NCBI GenBank assembly: GCA_977030845.1
Contig: OZ365116.1
Location: 16,616,001 to 16,680,000 of the forward strand
Direction: 5' to 3'
DNA from: Fimbriosthenelais zetlandica
Lineage: Eukaryota
DNA length: 64,000 nucleotides
The notes beneath the pieces were generated by a model. The model did no database searches and was not told the DNA's origin. It was given only the letters and a program-made list of their open reading frames with translations. Made by a program: the position numbers and the translations under genes. This document shows positions 26,611-41,100 of this stretch, one piece after another (within the stretch, counting starts at the first letter, position 1; each line of letters starts with the position of its first letter).

Positions 26611-28780
26611 GACTGTTTCGATCCGTCTATTGTATTAAGCCCAGTTTTTGATCTCGTGCACTCCTCACTCATAGATCGGGACTGTCTTATTTCACCTTAC
26701 AAAATCAGAATTTGGAGAGTGAGTTCAGACATCTCTCTTTGGCCTGCCTCTTTGGACTGTTTCTCCAGTGCAAGGTTAGACAAACATGGCACGACCAATA
26801 ACCGTGCACCATCCAAACAAGAGCTGGGCCGGTCACTGCTGCCAGTCCAAACATCCACCTCCCACCACATTAACCAAACCCCAACAGACGGAAGAACAGT
26901 AGGGCAGTACATATAAGCTTTAACACGAAACTAGAGCCACCTAGGTCTAAGACAACAGTTAGGTACATTTTCAACCGTGTCGCATAATTACCACCATCAG
27001 AATGTGCCATGAGGAATCTTTCCTATAGCAGTTCTTTCATTAATATCTCTCTCTATAGTGAATCTCAGCCTTAACTTCAAATAACTGACAAAGACTAATG
27101 CGCGGGACAATGCCTGCGCTAGAACGGCGCTTTCTCAATTATTGGAACTGCCATAACGTCCTTTAAACTGTCAAAGATGTCTCTATAGGTGCTTTATGTC
27201 CTGGGGGGCCTTTACCCATACCCAGTTATTAGATGGCATTCTAAATTGAACAATACTGGAAGAGTGTAATTGAAACTTGGAGCCATTGCCTTGCCCTGCT
27301 TTGGCTTTGAAATGGCACCCGAATTGGAAACAGTATTAGACAATGTAAATTGTATATATAATTGAATCCTATTGACTGGGGAAGAGGCATACAATAAAGA
27401 CAGAGAATTCTACAAGGCCGCTGTATTAAAATATTGACCTGAGCTGTCCATGGCAGGTGTCTTTTCACTGCTTCCATTCTCAGCTTATGTTGTATATGTT
27501 CTAGCACTTGTACAAAAAATAGATGAGTTGCACGGAAACCTATACTGCACATAGAAAGGGCGCCAGCAGTCATCGCCGCTATGTTTGTGAGTCTATTTTC
27601 AGTCATAGCTCTTAAAATTCTAACGAAAGCAATTTCGTCAGCGCGCTGCCTGCTCATGTCCCGGCTCATATTTTATCAGTGTAACAATCTGCATGTAGCT
27701 GCTAGCAGGACTAAACATGATTATTGTAAGCTTTGTTATAAATGCACCCGATGAGCGCTTTGCGTGTGAATCAGTAGGCTCTTTTTTTAAATAGCCTTTT
27801 ACATTTTCAGTTCAGGCTGAATTGGTGGCGTTTATTCATCTCGGATATGGCGTATAGTAGGCATTATGTCTATTATATCTAATGCCATATACTCATGATT
27901 TACAGTCAGGCAAATATTTAATGGCCATTGTTTGCATGTATAGATGGCTACCTCGCCGACTATTATGGTCTAAGTCTGGCTCCAAACAGGTGGTAAGAAT
28001 GTAACACAGCCAGCAATACATCACCCAACTCTACCTTAAAGTTCTGGCTGTCCCGGCCATGGCTTCAACTTAAAGATTGAAGATTTTGACCTCAGAAAGA
28101 AATATTTGCCAGAAGGGCAGAAAAACGGAACAGGCATTGATTTAAAGCCTTTCCAGTCGGCCTTGCCCTTAGTTTATGTAATATTTCAACCTACAACCTG
28201 ACATTTTATACTTCTCCCACCGCCCAAACACCAACCCATCCATCAGGAATGACACATGAGAGTGAATGATACCCCTCCAAATGATAGCACACAATCATTA
28301 GCCCCGTCTCCCCTCACACTTCCACCTCACCTCTATTTACATGTCTTGAATACAACACTCATATCAAATCAATCAATTACACCAGCTAACGCGGCCAGCT
28401 AACATTTGCCATGTGGTGAGAGCTTCTGCTTTCAATGCGGTCCGTGGCTGGGGTCAGGACCTGTACATGGCCAAGATGTAAAACAGATGGGTGGTGTGTC
28501 GAGCCAGGCAGATCACTTCAAAAACAGTTCCCACTTTGACAAAATAAAACCTTCAGATTTATCTCAGATTTCCTCTTCTAATTCGGTGGTAACTCAAGTA
28601 GTTGTTGAGGTAAATGAATGTTAAGGGAATTTTATCACTATTTTAGGGTCATTCCTATGCACATCCAAAAGGACATTAAAATGTAAAGATCTGGATTGTG
28701 TAGGGTCGTTTCATTGAATAGTATTTTTGGGGGGAGGTAGCATCGCAGTGACAGGGTGGTGTGGTGGGGAGCAGCGATGT

Positions 28781-28839
28781 GGTGAGCGTGAGCTGGGGGG
28801 AGTGAGAGGAGGTGAGCGTGAGCTGGGGGAGTGAGAGGA
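28781..28839. repeat. Tandem duplication, 30/29-nt unit GGTGAGCGTGAGCTGGGGG(G)AGTGAGAGGA
   Basis: Two adjacent copies differing by one G. Confidence 0.9.
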
Positions 28840-31800
28840 GAGGGAGAGAGAGTGCTGCATCACATTGGGAGATGAGGCTGACATCCTACACATTAACCCC
28901 GTGTCGCTGTCAGCACGGCTCGCGGTGACAAAGAGTCTTTTTGTATTAACCCTTGACCCATTGGTGGTCACGCAGCCCAGCACTGACACCCGTTTTAGCA
29001 GGCAGGCCTCACGTCATTTATCAGGTATCATTGGCCTCAGCCAGGATGGCAAGATGTCATCACACGGCCCAACCATACTAACCAGACTGCCACCACAGCC
29101 CCCTCTCCCACATACATCCACCTTTTTTCACTTTGGCGACATCCTTAGATTATTGATACATAGGAAGTAGACCTGTTTACAGTCTGATGGAAAATCCAGT
29201 TTGTGGAGCCAGACTTGACAGTAGTGGACAGGATGGCGGGAGCATGTCATTGGATGTCCCTGTGTATGCATGAAGAAGGTCAGAGCAGTGTCTCCCTGGC
29301 TCAGAACATGTGTTCTGATGTATGCAATAGAGGCTTGATTAAAGCAGTGAACAGGTACAGGGACCTGGGCTAAATCCCTCATGCACTCACTTAAATATAA
29401 AGTAGTCTTCTTCTTCAAGTTACCTTCGATATATCGTGGTCCAGGGTCGTTAGTAGTATATGGAAATGAACCATTTCACCTGGGCACCTACGAGTAGTAT
29501 ATGGAAAATGGGCATGTCCTCTGGAATTTTCCCAAGGGATCTATAAAGCCTAGATGTTTCTAATCTAAAAAAGGTAATGGCGGTGGTCAGTTGAATGGAT
29601 GAAAGTGCTCTCTTTATTTTAGGCTTCTTGGCTTGTCAGCTATTAATGTTTTAAGGCCTGTACTGTAGACTGTTTCTATTTCTAGCGTTCCACTTGGGAC
29701 ACCACATGGTGGTATGAGAAAGCGCCTCTAGTGTGTTGATCTGATTTCCTGAACCTTGACAGTAACCGAGCACAAGAGAAGGTCATAGATCTAAGACCAG
29801 ACCCAAATATTTTTTTCCCACTAAAGGTTCCAACTCTATCCTGGGCAAACAATGCCCTTACACTTCCCCTGATCTTATAAAATGATACAGCTCAATGAAC
29901 ATACAGTTGATGAAACTTGAAAAAGTTGTATTTAGAATGCTTTTATGAATTTTGAGAAACTCTTAACCTTTCCAGTCATATTCCTTCCAACAGTAAACAG
30001 GCGAAGACAGTAAAGTGACCTTTAAGGCCACATCTGGGCCGCTTATAATGAAGTGGCAAGTCTCTGGCCCAGACTGTACACTAAATCACATACTCAAGGG
30101 CTATGGTATATTGATCGCCATTGACGATCGTGTTTTGATGACCCTATTAGTAGCGATACTAATCAGTGGGGTATATCCTGCCCACCTCCTACTATAGATT
30201 ACCATCTTTAAGACCCGGGGCTCGCTTCACAATAAAAGTTCATACATCTCATCTCATAAATGTGACAGATCGCTGGCCAGTTTATCACCGTATCAAGTCA
30301 TCTCGGTGCTCGGTGTGATTGAACCATGCTTCTAATGGCTGTCTAGGGAAACGACAAGTTTCCCGGAGACCTCGTAAGTATATGGTTGTTGTGGTGGCAA
30401 GTGGTAGGCGGAGGAGAGCCGATTAGAGTCCGTGAAACGGGGAGAAAGTGGGCAAAGTGACAGTAATAACAGGTCCTTACTGACGTGCTAAATGTGCAAA
30501 AGTTGTTGGTCGACCAGAGGCAATCCTGGCGCATGCTTATTCATATTAAAGCTGGTTATGTTTACTGTAATAACAATAACAGTGGACTAGACAATCACTG
30601 CATATACGACGTTCTACAACCATAAATAGAGGGCGGGGAGAACACGTGGTCACAGCACCAGGTCATTCTGATCATTCAAAGATCAGAAGGTCTTCACACA
30701 CTGAAATTTCCCAGTAAAGTTATTACAAGTGTCTTAAATAGCTCCATCTATATACTAGGAAGTGCACAAAGATCAGTATCACAATGAGCAATTCCCAGGC
30801 ATGAAAGGACCCCACATGAGTCGAAACCCATGAGTCGACCTATCTTGGATGTACTGTGTACCAAGTGGTATATAATGATTTGACTCGGGTCTGGGTAAAT
30901 TTCTGGGAGAGGGCCTAATGTCTGAGGTCCGTGTCTTACTCTTGGAGCTCTACCCCATGGAGGCATGACCCAGAAGTAAAGCAATATTCACATTTTGCTT
31001 GGCGAGCACCACACATCTAAAGTAGGCCAAGTGACCCTCTAGTCGGCCCTCCTGGGGATATGAATCAATGCTGAGCTTGTCCATTCAGATCCTCACTGAT
31101 ATGCTGGGCGAGATGGGGCGCGCGCCTCCTAGAGCCGGTCCGCGGCTCAGACGACCATCTCGCCCCGTATATATCTCATATATAATCATGGCAAAAAACA
31201 GTCAAGAGACTGTGGCAGGGCGATAAAACTGCCCCGACCAGGGAGGCGTTTTTCACATTTGATTGATAAATGTTCGTCTCGGGTCCGTAAATGGAAGGGC
31301 AGTTTTTTGTTTGGGCTTCGGGATTCTCTCAACCGAGCTCAGATCCACGAAGGCTTTTGTTTAAATATCAATCCTCAAGGGCATATTGAGCCCAGTATGA
31401 ATCTTTATAATAAAAAGATGTATCCAACATATAGAAATATTTGAACTGAAATATGGTTTGCTTGGAACAATTTGTATTATAACAATGGGTGGAAATGTGG
31501 CATGGAAAGTTTTAAAAAAACAAGCTGTCAAAACTTTATTTTGAGATTAATTTAAACAGTTTGAGGAAGCGTGACTCGCAGCCTGGCTTGAAAGCAAAGT
31601 TGTTCTCATTTATAAAAGTATTTGCCAGAGTGCGTGACGGTGGATATGAAGAGGAATTGGCATGTTGACTTGCTTTTCCCACTTCACCAATACCTAACAA
31701 TAAAAAGAAATAGAGGAGAAAAGCTAAAATAAAGTGAAGAAAAAAGAAATCCTCTTCCCATTACCTATGTATGCTGGACTGGACCACTGATATATAATCA

Positions 31801-32511
31801 GCGTGAACGGAGCCATTGGGATTTTCAGAGATTAAATAAAAGAAAAAGTCTATTGTGTTACAGAATAGGGATATTCAGATTGTCGTTCAGACATCAGTAG
31901 ACCTATGTTGTTTTCTGACTCTGATCTTGTTTGAAGTTTAAAAAACAGCCCTGTTCTGACTTGACAAATGTAAAATGGTCATTCCTAGAGACAGAAAAGC
32001 CAACAATGGAAGCTTGGATATTTCACCCAATTACCGCTAGTGGCCATCGTGTGTTCTCCTGCAGCCCTGACCTTAAAGTATGGCGTTTCCGTCAGAGAAA
32101 GGGAAACGAAAGTTCCTTTCCTTGCCTGTCTAACAAGTCTATTAAAAAAGTGACTGGAGGCAGTGTGTTTGGGAGTGGCGTTTCTTGTCATGGAGTTCCA
32201 CCTGCTTCGGATCATGACAAGTGTCGTAGTAAATCTAGCGGGGAGGTGGGTGGGGAATAGTGTATCCTACATGTCATTATGTCCCCTCCCCCCCCCCTCA
32301 TCCCCCTCCCATGGATCCCTCCACCTGCCTTATATACTGCTACTGCTCCTTCCCCACTGCTCCCTCCCTTCCCTATCCCCTGATCTTCCAATCCTCCTCC
32401 AATCCACAACCATCACCCCTCCCTGTCTTTCTCCGCCCCACCAATTCTGGCCAACACCATTCACTGCAAGCAAACAAGCCAGGAAACCAGCGCCTTGGCA
32501 TATCTTGGGTA

Positions 32512-32525
32512 GTTTCTATGGTAAC
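32512..32525. promoter_or_regulatory. RFX X-box motif
   Basis: GTTTCTATGGTAAC matches the palindromic GTTNCYATGRNAAC consensus. Confidence 0.5.
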
Positions 32526-34960
32526 AATCACGAGTTACCAGTGTCAGATATGACAGATCGTTATCAATTATAATAAAGATTATATCAAATAATAACCTAA
32601 TATCTACCATCAAGATTTCCCCGAAAAATATTATCCCGTAAAATTTCACTTGCGCTGTAGGACACAGGCAAACCGTTATGTGCTAATACGGCTTAGAATG
32701 GCTCAAATAGGTGGACATCATATCCCATCGGTTTCAGCCCTTTAGAGTGCACACATGTGGATCTGTGATAAAACTCCGGATCTGTTCCATGGAGATAGCT
32801 TCCTATTTGGATTTAAAGCGATGGTATTGTATGAAAAAGCAAACACTGCGACTGAGTAACGTTGACAGGACGGGCCAACACCAAGCTGTGGAGGCAGCGA
32901 TAGTGTCATCTGACATTATGTCCGTGAAAAACCAGCATTGTTTGCTGTAGAGTGTGAGCTGCAGATTGAAATTAAACAGAGGACCTTTACATTACGTAAT
33001 TAGAAGATTCGCTTGAATTCACTGGAAATTAGAAGCACTAATGGCTGGCATTTTAACAGTCACCATTGGGGGTCTCCGATGACAGGAAAAACTTAGGGTG
33101 CAATCAGCAGCTGGCTAGGTTCATTTTTAATCCTTTCAAAAGGGGAACTTTAGAAATGACTGCCATTGGCAAGACAAGATGTCTTCTATTATTCGATAGA
33201 ATAATCCAAATGTATTTAAACATATCTTAGGGTGTGTGTAGACCCTTACGCTCTGAGCAGGTTATGAGTGGTGGACATTATGGCCGGCAGTGAGCAGCCA
33301 GGCTATGGGCGATATAAAGGTCCTCGCCACCATTGCCCGGCCAAGCACCAGGTGCAAGACTGCTCAGATAGGATTTCCCACAATACCCTTCAGCCCTCCT
33401 TGCCTACGACTCGCAGGCGTTACCCGGGTCTGCCCACCGCTTTGCTAATCCCAACTAGCGCCTCTGGTGAGAGGAATTAGATTGGGGAGGGCACTAATGG
33501 CCGCCTCACCAGGGTAGAATGTGCAGCATTCTGCAGCGAGCGTCGCCCCATTTGCAGCCTGGAGTAGTCTGGCAAGTGAAAGGGGCTGAATCTTCCCCTC
33601 CAGGGCTCACTGGTCCACGGGAACAATACGAGTACTGGAATAACGGTCCAACACTTGAGCGAATCCTGCATCACAACCCTCACACTCTACTTTGACGTTT
33701 GATTCCAAGTCGATCAAGCTCAAAATGGGTCCCTTATCAGAAATGACTGGCAAGCACCTGAACCCAAACCTAAGCTGGATAGTCACTCTGAGCTTTCCTG
33801 TAAAATCAATATTCACTTAACCGACTGATTTTTGTCAATGTTGAATCAAGGAGGTTTGCAACTTGGATCCTTCACAGTTTCAAGGTCATATGTGTGTGTT
33901 ATATATGTGAAATGTAAACATATATATGAGACCCATTTATAAGCTGCATGTGTGTGTGTTTTTCCCCTGAACAGGGTTGAACATATGATATAATTCATAA
34001 ATCACCTTCCGCTTACCTAGCCACTTTTATGAAAGGACGGAAATGGAATGTTTGATTTACATCGAGTGAAACGACCAGAGCTTAGCTTCCCATGGAAGAG
34101 CGATAGCAAAATCTATAGTCTTGTTTTTTTCCATATCATCTAAGCTGAGCCGTCAATGATTATCAATTCATAGCAGCTTGTATAACCAGGCATTAAGCAC
34201 AAAATGATACTCAATTCCCATGAAATATGGACACAATAACATTCAGAGTCAAGGCAACATATCAGAACATTATCGTATGGAAATAGAAGCATTAGTTGCA
34301 GGGATTGACAATCTGTCATGGCCTCCAGCGATACAAACGTGCTTTTCATATGTACGCTAGCAGCCATTTTTCAGGAAAGCCGGTCAATGGCTTGTCGCAT
34401 AGATCAGAGCTGGTGGGAGAAGTGAGGTATCGGTTAGGAAAATAGGGCAATGGGAAGATCAGAGCTTGATTATGTCCGCCTGGCTGTGGCTGGATGCTGG
34501 TAAATGAATGACGGCTGAGCTGGGACAGGTTGTTGATCTACTCCTCCCTCCTCAACATAAGACACTCCTTATGGTCGCAAGACGTCCCTAAAGACAGCTA
34601 AGCTGTGTAAAGTTGGTCTTAAGAGCAGATCTACAGAAGACTAAAGGATTAGCGGTATAAAACCCCTTGAAGATTCCTGTTTTGATTGAAAACTTGGCAC
34701 AGCTATTGCCCCTTAAACGTCAACAGGTCAAAAACAAGGTTAGAACTTCTTAGAAGGAGTGGCCTTGTCAGTTCTATTCATTGAGTATATCTACCTCCAA
34801 ACATGCGAAAAAAATCTTTGGAAAGCTGCCATAGAGGAAGTCTTAAGGGCTCTCTTACACTCTGCAGACCTCAATGGCCTTATGGGTAATTATCTGAAGG
34901 GGGAAGATGGAGGGTTTGTGGTGACATTACCGGATGGTGGCCATGTTCAATCAACAGTAC

Positions 34961-35155
34961 GGGGGCTGTTTCATAAAACATGCACACCATAAAAGCTCGG
35001 CTTTACAATTGGCTAATGCCTACATCTTTTACTGGAAGCAGTCACTGCCATATCCAATCAGTGGTCAGGGGTCGGTTTCATAAAAAATGCAAGGCATGGA
35101 CTCAACGATTTCCTGCTAACCAATGTGTGAGAGGTTTGCATGAAACAGTCCCCAG
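34961..35155. mobile_element. Nested/tandem MITE copies of the same TIR family
   Basis: Two left ends (GGGGGCTGTTTCATAAAA at 34961; CAG-GGGTCGGTTTCATAAA at 35066) and one right end (TTTGCATGAAACAGTCCC-CAG ending 35155). The inner copy is flanked by CAG/CAG. Confidence 0.6.
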
Positions 35156-38100
35156 GCCTGTTTTCTCTGCAGCTTTCTATCATCAGGTTTCTGCGGGGAC
35201 ATCAGTCCTTTATCACCCAGCTTCAGTGATATATCACCCTTACATATCACTGATATATCCCCTAAACATCAATACATCACCCCAAAATCAGTTACTCTCA
35301 CCATAGCATTCATCATCTAATCACATAGTTCATCTAATGTGGCCTAACAAGATCATATGAATCAAAATCTCACAGCACCATCTCATTCACAGCTTCTCCT
35401 GGTTCACCAGTCCCTGGATCAACACACAAATATCCATGGCAGGTGTTTTTAAACTGCGTCTCATGTCTCTAAAATGTGGCCAACAAGGGAGCACAGAAAA
35501 TTACTTAGTTCTAGCAGCCTGGTTCTAGACTATAAGATATTAGAGACTGGCGGTCCATCTCACTTTATGAGTGGCATAGCTCTGCTCTCTAAGACCTGAA
35601 ATGACATGAAATGACCCAACTTAATGAGAAGAAAATGTTCACCATATCATACCACAGACTTATATTAGTATAACAAATTGCCACACCATGGTTCCTTTAA
35701 GAACTGTACTGGGCAAAGCCCCGGTTTCCACAAGTGTGTTAACACAGCATTTCACACCTGCCCAGGATATCTTGGTTTTGCAAGTAAAATTAATAGAATT
35801 CACTGATCTATTCCTGAAGCAATCAATTATTACAGCAAACATTTACAGACTTCCAAAGTTTTTAAATGTCTGGTGTGTACAGCCAGAAGTTAACAGTAAA
35901 ATATTGCTAGTGTAAGACACAGTGGACCAGTAACCAACCTGAGACTGTCTTATCACCCGCTCCGCCAGCTGTTTGTAATCCCCAGTTTAAAACTCAAACA
36001 ATTCACTACATTGCACAGAGATTTACAGTCTGATAATCTCTCCGGCTCACCATAGTCAAGCCGTGCAAACAGTACCCAAGCTTCTCTGATCTGTATTCCT
36101 GCTGGGATTTCTCTTTCCTCTTTGCCTGAGGAGTTGCAGATAATAGTTGTTTCGCAAAAAGGAAGCCATTGATGCGCTGCGAAGCATTTCAAGCGTGTAA
36201 TGATTATGTTCATATTTGACACAATTACTGAATACACATGGAGTCTCAAGAGAGAGCCAAACCTAATTAAAGGGGCCTGCGGAGTTTTAGCGTGACCTAA
36301 TTGTTGTATTGGACATGAGCATGTTTCACAACCATCCATCACTACCTTATCAGTAAACGAAATAATAAAGTCTAAAACCATCAGAAATTGGTGATGAAAT
36401 CATTAAAAGCTTTACTCGCATCATCATTCACTGTGCTGTCTTAGTGGGGCTGAATGTGAGCAATCCACTTCTTAAGCCTTTAAGATGTGAGTGAATCTAT
36501 GGTCAGAGGAGGAAGGAGGTCAGAGTATGGGAATATCCGCTGGTGCAGGTCCACTGTAGACCGCATGCCCATTGCCTATTACCTAGTAAGGCTTAGTGGG
36601 GGTGCCCCATATTCAAGGGCGTTTGTGTCGTTCATCATAATCTAAGAAAATATCCTGTGGTTGGCTGGGGTCCATTGCCTTCCGTGCTGTCAGTGTAATC
36701 ACTGGATCAGGGTGGGGGCTGGTGGCAGTGGGAGGGGACAGGGGAATGATATAGCTGGGGGCAATATTTACAGCTTCTGAGAAGAATAGTGATGGCCAGA
36801 GGAAAGGTAGGGAAGGTGGCTTCATTACTACGTATCATGCCGTACCACAGCTCCACAGTAGATGTTATATATGGCATCTTACAAGGCTTGATATCATTCA
36901 AAGGTTGTGGGTTTATACTATATGTTACCTGCATTAGCATATAACATTATTTATTGCTTAAAAGGAAACTTCCGAATAAACATAGAGCGAATCCAATATA
37001 GAAGATGGTTGCAATTGTCTTTAAAAACATGGCTCCACCTCCATGAACCAATCCTCTCATCTTTTTGTATGACAAATACAATGATCTTGGAGTAGGGATG
37101 GGTTTTTTTATCAGTGCAGTCATTCCTGTATCCCTGAAAAGGACAAGGATTTAAGTACTGTCAATTGCAATGAGCTGGGAGGGACAAAGGCTCCAATTTT
37201 CACCTCTTTTCATGCCCCTGCAGACATTGGCCTATCGATCTTGGAACATCAGACAAGCAATGAAAGGCGTCTTCAACGAAGCATTGACAACGTCCATGGA
37301 AAATTGGTCATGAATACTTATTCCGGGGATTCGGACGGGAGACAGCCCCGACTTTGTGTGACGAATGTTGGAAGAATGAATGTGAGTCGGAAATGTGGAG
37401 TGCGCATGACATGGGGTGACTGCATCCGACTGGCTCCAACTAGAAAAATGTCGTCGGAGTGCTGGGTGGGTGAATTACAGACGAAATGGACGCGAGAACC
37501 GTTCTAGCGTTGAATGATTGCGGGCCATGAAAGACATGCTGCCTTGATGGCTTGTTGGGGGAAAGAGGGAAGCATTGACAAGGACCCGGAGGGAGTTGTC
37601 CCACCTCGTGATTTAAATATGTTGACTCATTCTCTATGCTAAAGGCAAGCCCTCTGAGACTGTATGTGACCTTTTATTTCTATAAAAGGTCTAACTCATG
37701 TAAAGTTCACTCACCAGGCTGCTCTCACTGAACGGCTCGCCTCAATACACTCACCTCCTCACATGGCCTGAAAGCTATGGATCCACTGTGATGAGGTAGC
37801 CTAAAGCTATTCATGAAACGGTTTTTCTAAGGGCTCTTTTCCCGGAGCTGACTTTTGTCCTGGAACCGTGAGCCCCAGATTTCAGTGGTTCCAAGACTTC
37901 AAGTACAAGGCCCTGCACGCACTGACATGTATAGCAGCAGAAGGCCTGATGGGAATGAATGAATCCCTCCATGTACATTAAGGGTAAATTGATACCAACA
38001 TCTTTTGTCATTATACGGATGATCCCCCCGTTGATCCTCATCCTATGTGCACATAAAGGTGCCTGATATATTGCCTCTACAGATGGTTATTGGATGTCCA

Positions 38101-41100
38101 TCGTCCCATGCTTCATCACAGGCCTGCGTTATAAGCACGGTCACACTGGGCCGATTAAACAATACACTGCCACAGGCACTGCTTTACTATAGGGCCATAA
38201 TGATAGAACATATAATTATGACTTGTTAGACCTCACTTTGTCTTATTGCACTAAGACATGATCTTTATTGTCATATGGATATGCGCCCACTAATAAATGA
38301 AGAACCAGTGGAGTGACCAAACATATGTTGGGTGATTGAGTGTGCTCGATGTGCGCCAATCTGTAGTTATGTTTACACATGATGGACATAAGTCCGACTG
38401 CCCACTGTACTGACCACTCAGCTGACCTCTGTTGACAGACATCAAGCTCTAAATGGACTCGCGTGAATGTCACCGCTGACCAGTAGCGGAAATATAAGCA
38501 ATACGATATGTGCTGCTTCCCAACTAATAGGGAGAATGCTCCGACAATGCTGCGTTATTATTTGCTCGGCCATTCTTTCCTCTGGAAATATCTGCCACGA
38601 TTGGGGATCACATCTCTCTCGTCATATTTCTGATTGAATTTTGAGCTCTGAAAATTGAGGAGAGTTTGATATTTAAGATTTGACTGATGTCACTTAATTA
38701 TTTTGTCTTTGAATTGGGAGATGGCTCTTGGGTTTTGAAACCTTCCAGGAAATTTGAACCCAATGTTAGGAGTTAAAAGCTGACATTCTACCAACTTATC
38801 TGGATCACACATCTGCTTAAGAGTTGTTCTCTTCTTGCCAATGTCATCGGATCCAAGGTCAACCATGCCCTGGCTCCTTCAACGTGGCTTGCAAGCATCT
38901 CTCACGCTAATCGATGCCTCTTAACAGAGCCATGGACTAGAACAAAGCACAAGTGACCTATTGCTTGTTTTCTGAGCACTTCAGGTCCAAGTAGCTGCCA
39001 CTGAGTGGTGCAAACAGTCAACCTTAGCAACCAGGCTTATTTTCAAGCTTAGAAACCTGGCTTATTAAATGCGGAACCGATTCTACTTTAAGTGTACTCG
39101 ATCCCATTTCTGTTTTTTTTTTACATTGAACAATGCCCTTTCATGTATCTGAAGCTACAGAAGGGATGGATCCAATACTATGTATTTGGTTGCGGCATAC
39201 AATTCAATATTAATTTACATTGACATGTTTTTCTATGGATTCAAGCTCTGGTTTGTTGTTGGTGAAAGGAGAGGTCGATGACCCCTCACATATAAACCCT
39301 GGAGGCTCCTCCCTTCCATCTAAGCCGCCATGGCAGGGAGGGAATGATTATATTAAGGACTGAGAGATGGGCTTGTTTAGTTCATTATGTCAGACACATC
39401 TGGTGCTTGAAACCTACCGACTCCAGGTGCATCTAGTCTTTTTACCCTGCATGCCACGCAGTCTGTTTACGACATGGCATATTTGAGGGGATTTTAAAGA
39501 TCTAAAGTAAAGATCTAATGATGAACTCAAGCCAAGAGGCCATGCATGAAGGGTAAGCTTTAACATGTCACTAAAAATCAAGTATGAATAAACAATAGTA
39601 GCACCAAATTATTACAAGCACAGGCTTGTAAAGTTGTATAATGCTTTTATATTATTTTTATCATTGACTATATGTTCCACTAAATGAAGCTGACACTGTG
39701 TAGTATTTGTTATTGTCCTTTGCTCTGTGAATTTGTAAAATGATGTTTAATTTATGATGAGAATTATGTTTTGAAACAGCAAATGTAGTGTTCAGCTTGT
39801 CATTTAAATAACCAAGATCCGAGGAATGGTTTTATTTATTTTCCCGCTACAAATTTAATAGATTTTGGCACTAGCTCATGTCTGTATTAATTTGTTCCAA
39901 ACTCACAGGATTTTTATACATAAATCCCATGTGCAAATGGTGTCTGCAATCTTGGGCTCTTAAAACCTCAGCCGTTGCACCTTTTACATCGTGCACTTTT
40001 CTGGATGAGAAATTCTCATTTCTATTACCAGTGTGTCATTAATTAAATCTGGCTAATTAAGTAACGGAGGTCGATCATTAATTGACCTACATTCCATCAG
40101 TGCAGAATCCTCATGTAGATTTCCTTCCACTTTTGGTCTGACATCTCCCACCTTTCCTTATCCTGACCTTTAGCTCAACAGCCTGCCCACACAGGGTCTT
40201 CACTCCCTCGAGGATCCACCTTTGATTAAAGTCTCCAGCCCTCCACCCTACCCCTCCAGGGCACTGACAACCAATGTGGGTCACTATGCTCTTTCCATGA
40301 TTTCAAAGAGAAATTCCATAGTCCAATGCCAACATGAAAGCATGTTTTCTTCAGGGAACACTAGAACATTGGGTACTTTTTATCCAAAATCTTTGAAATG
40401 AAAGCGCAGTATGTGCCATTAGTTGGTGAAATGTAATGGAAATTCGGTTAAGGTTTGAGGGCTTTTAAGTCACTAGGGACCGCCTCTTGTATGGCACTTT
40501 GTGGACCTGGATCTTAACATTGATTCCAAGGCGAGCTCTAGGTGCCTTCATTTGTCCTAGAGCACATCCTGCTCTGTAGCATGGGAACAATAACAACATC
40601 CTGTTCTCCTTCTCTCTTCTTCTGCCCACCGCCTGTCACTCGGGCCTCTAGAGACCCCGCCTCGCTACATCCAGCCCTGTGCTGCCTTCGTCTCACCTTA
40701 TTTCCGCCGGCTTGATATGGGCACATTCACGACCTGCTCTTTCCACTTCTCTTAGAGGATAAATCTTATTTTGGCTGAGGAAGGCTGAGAGAGGATACAA
40801 AAAAGTACAGAAGGATGTTTCTTATTGTTGGAAACAACAGTGAGCCATGTCAAGATATAAGAAGGCCGTCACTGTTCCAGCATCTCCTCAAGGGGCATCG
40901 TTCTTCTATTGTTAACAATAGAAATCTGCGCTGCTTTTTGTTCCTTCAAGAACCAGAAGCGTTGTCATAAATGTCCCCTCTTGATCTGTATGACTATGGT
41001 TGAGGGAACCATTTTCTCTTGAAAGTTAAAAGGATATTTCACCTTCAAAAGACATTGGTAAATTTAAGCTGTATCTTCGCAGACATTTCCAAAATCACCT

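Noticed and set aside
27747-27772. Hammerhead-like CCCGATGAGCGCTTTGCGTGTGAATC
   Set aside because: The core is CCGATGA rather than CTGATGA, there is no GAAA after stem II, and I found no stems I/III. Other CTGANGA sites (e.g. about 7708, about 60545 minus) also fail to fold.
27944-27992. Cassette exon candidate after TGCATG (46 or 49 nt)
   Set aside because: Neither length preserves frame and the acceptor is weak.
31106-31165. Twister or HDV-like ribozyme assignment for the three-way junction
   Set aside because: GCCGGTCC resembles a twister segment, but the UAA, AAGCCC and GAGGG conserved elements are missing and no HDV double pseudoknot can be drawn. Kept only as an unassigned structure.
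32951-32953. 3-nt microexon candidate tttgctgtAG|AGT|GTGAGC
   Set aside because: Weak donor context, no nearby branch point, and a competing upstream AG; indistinguishable from chance.
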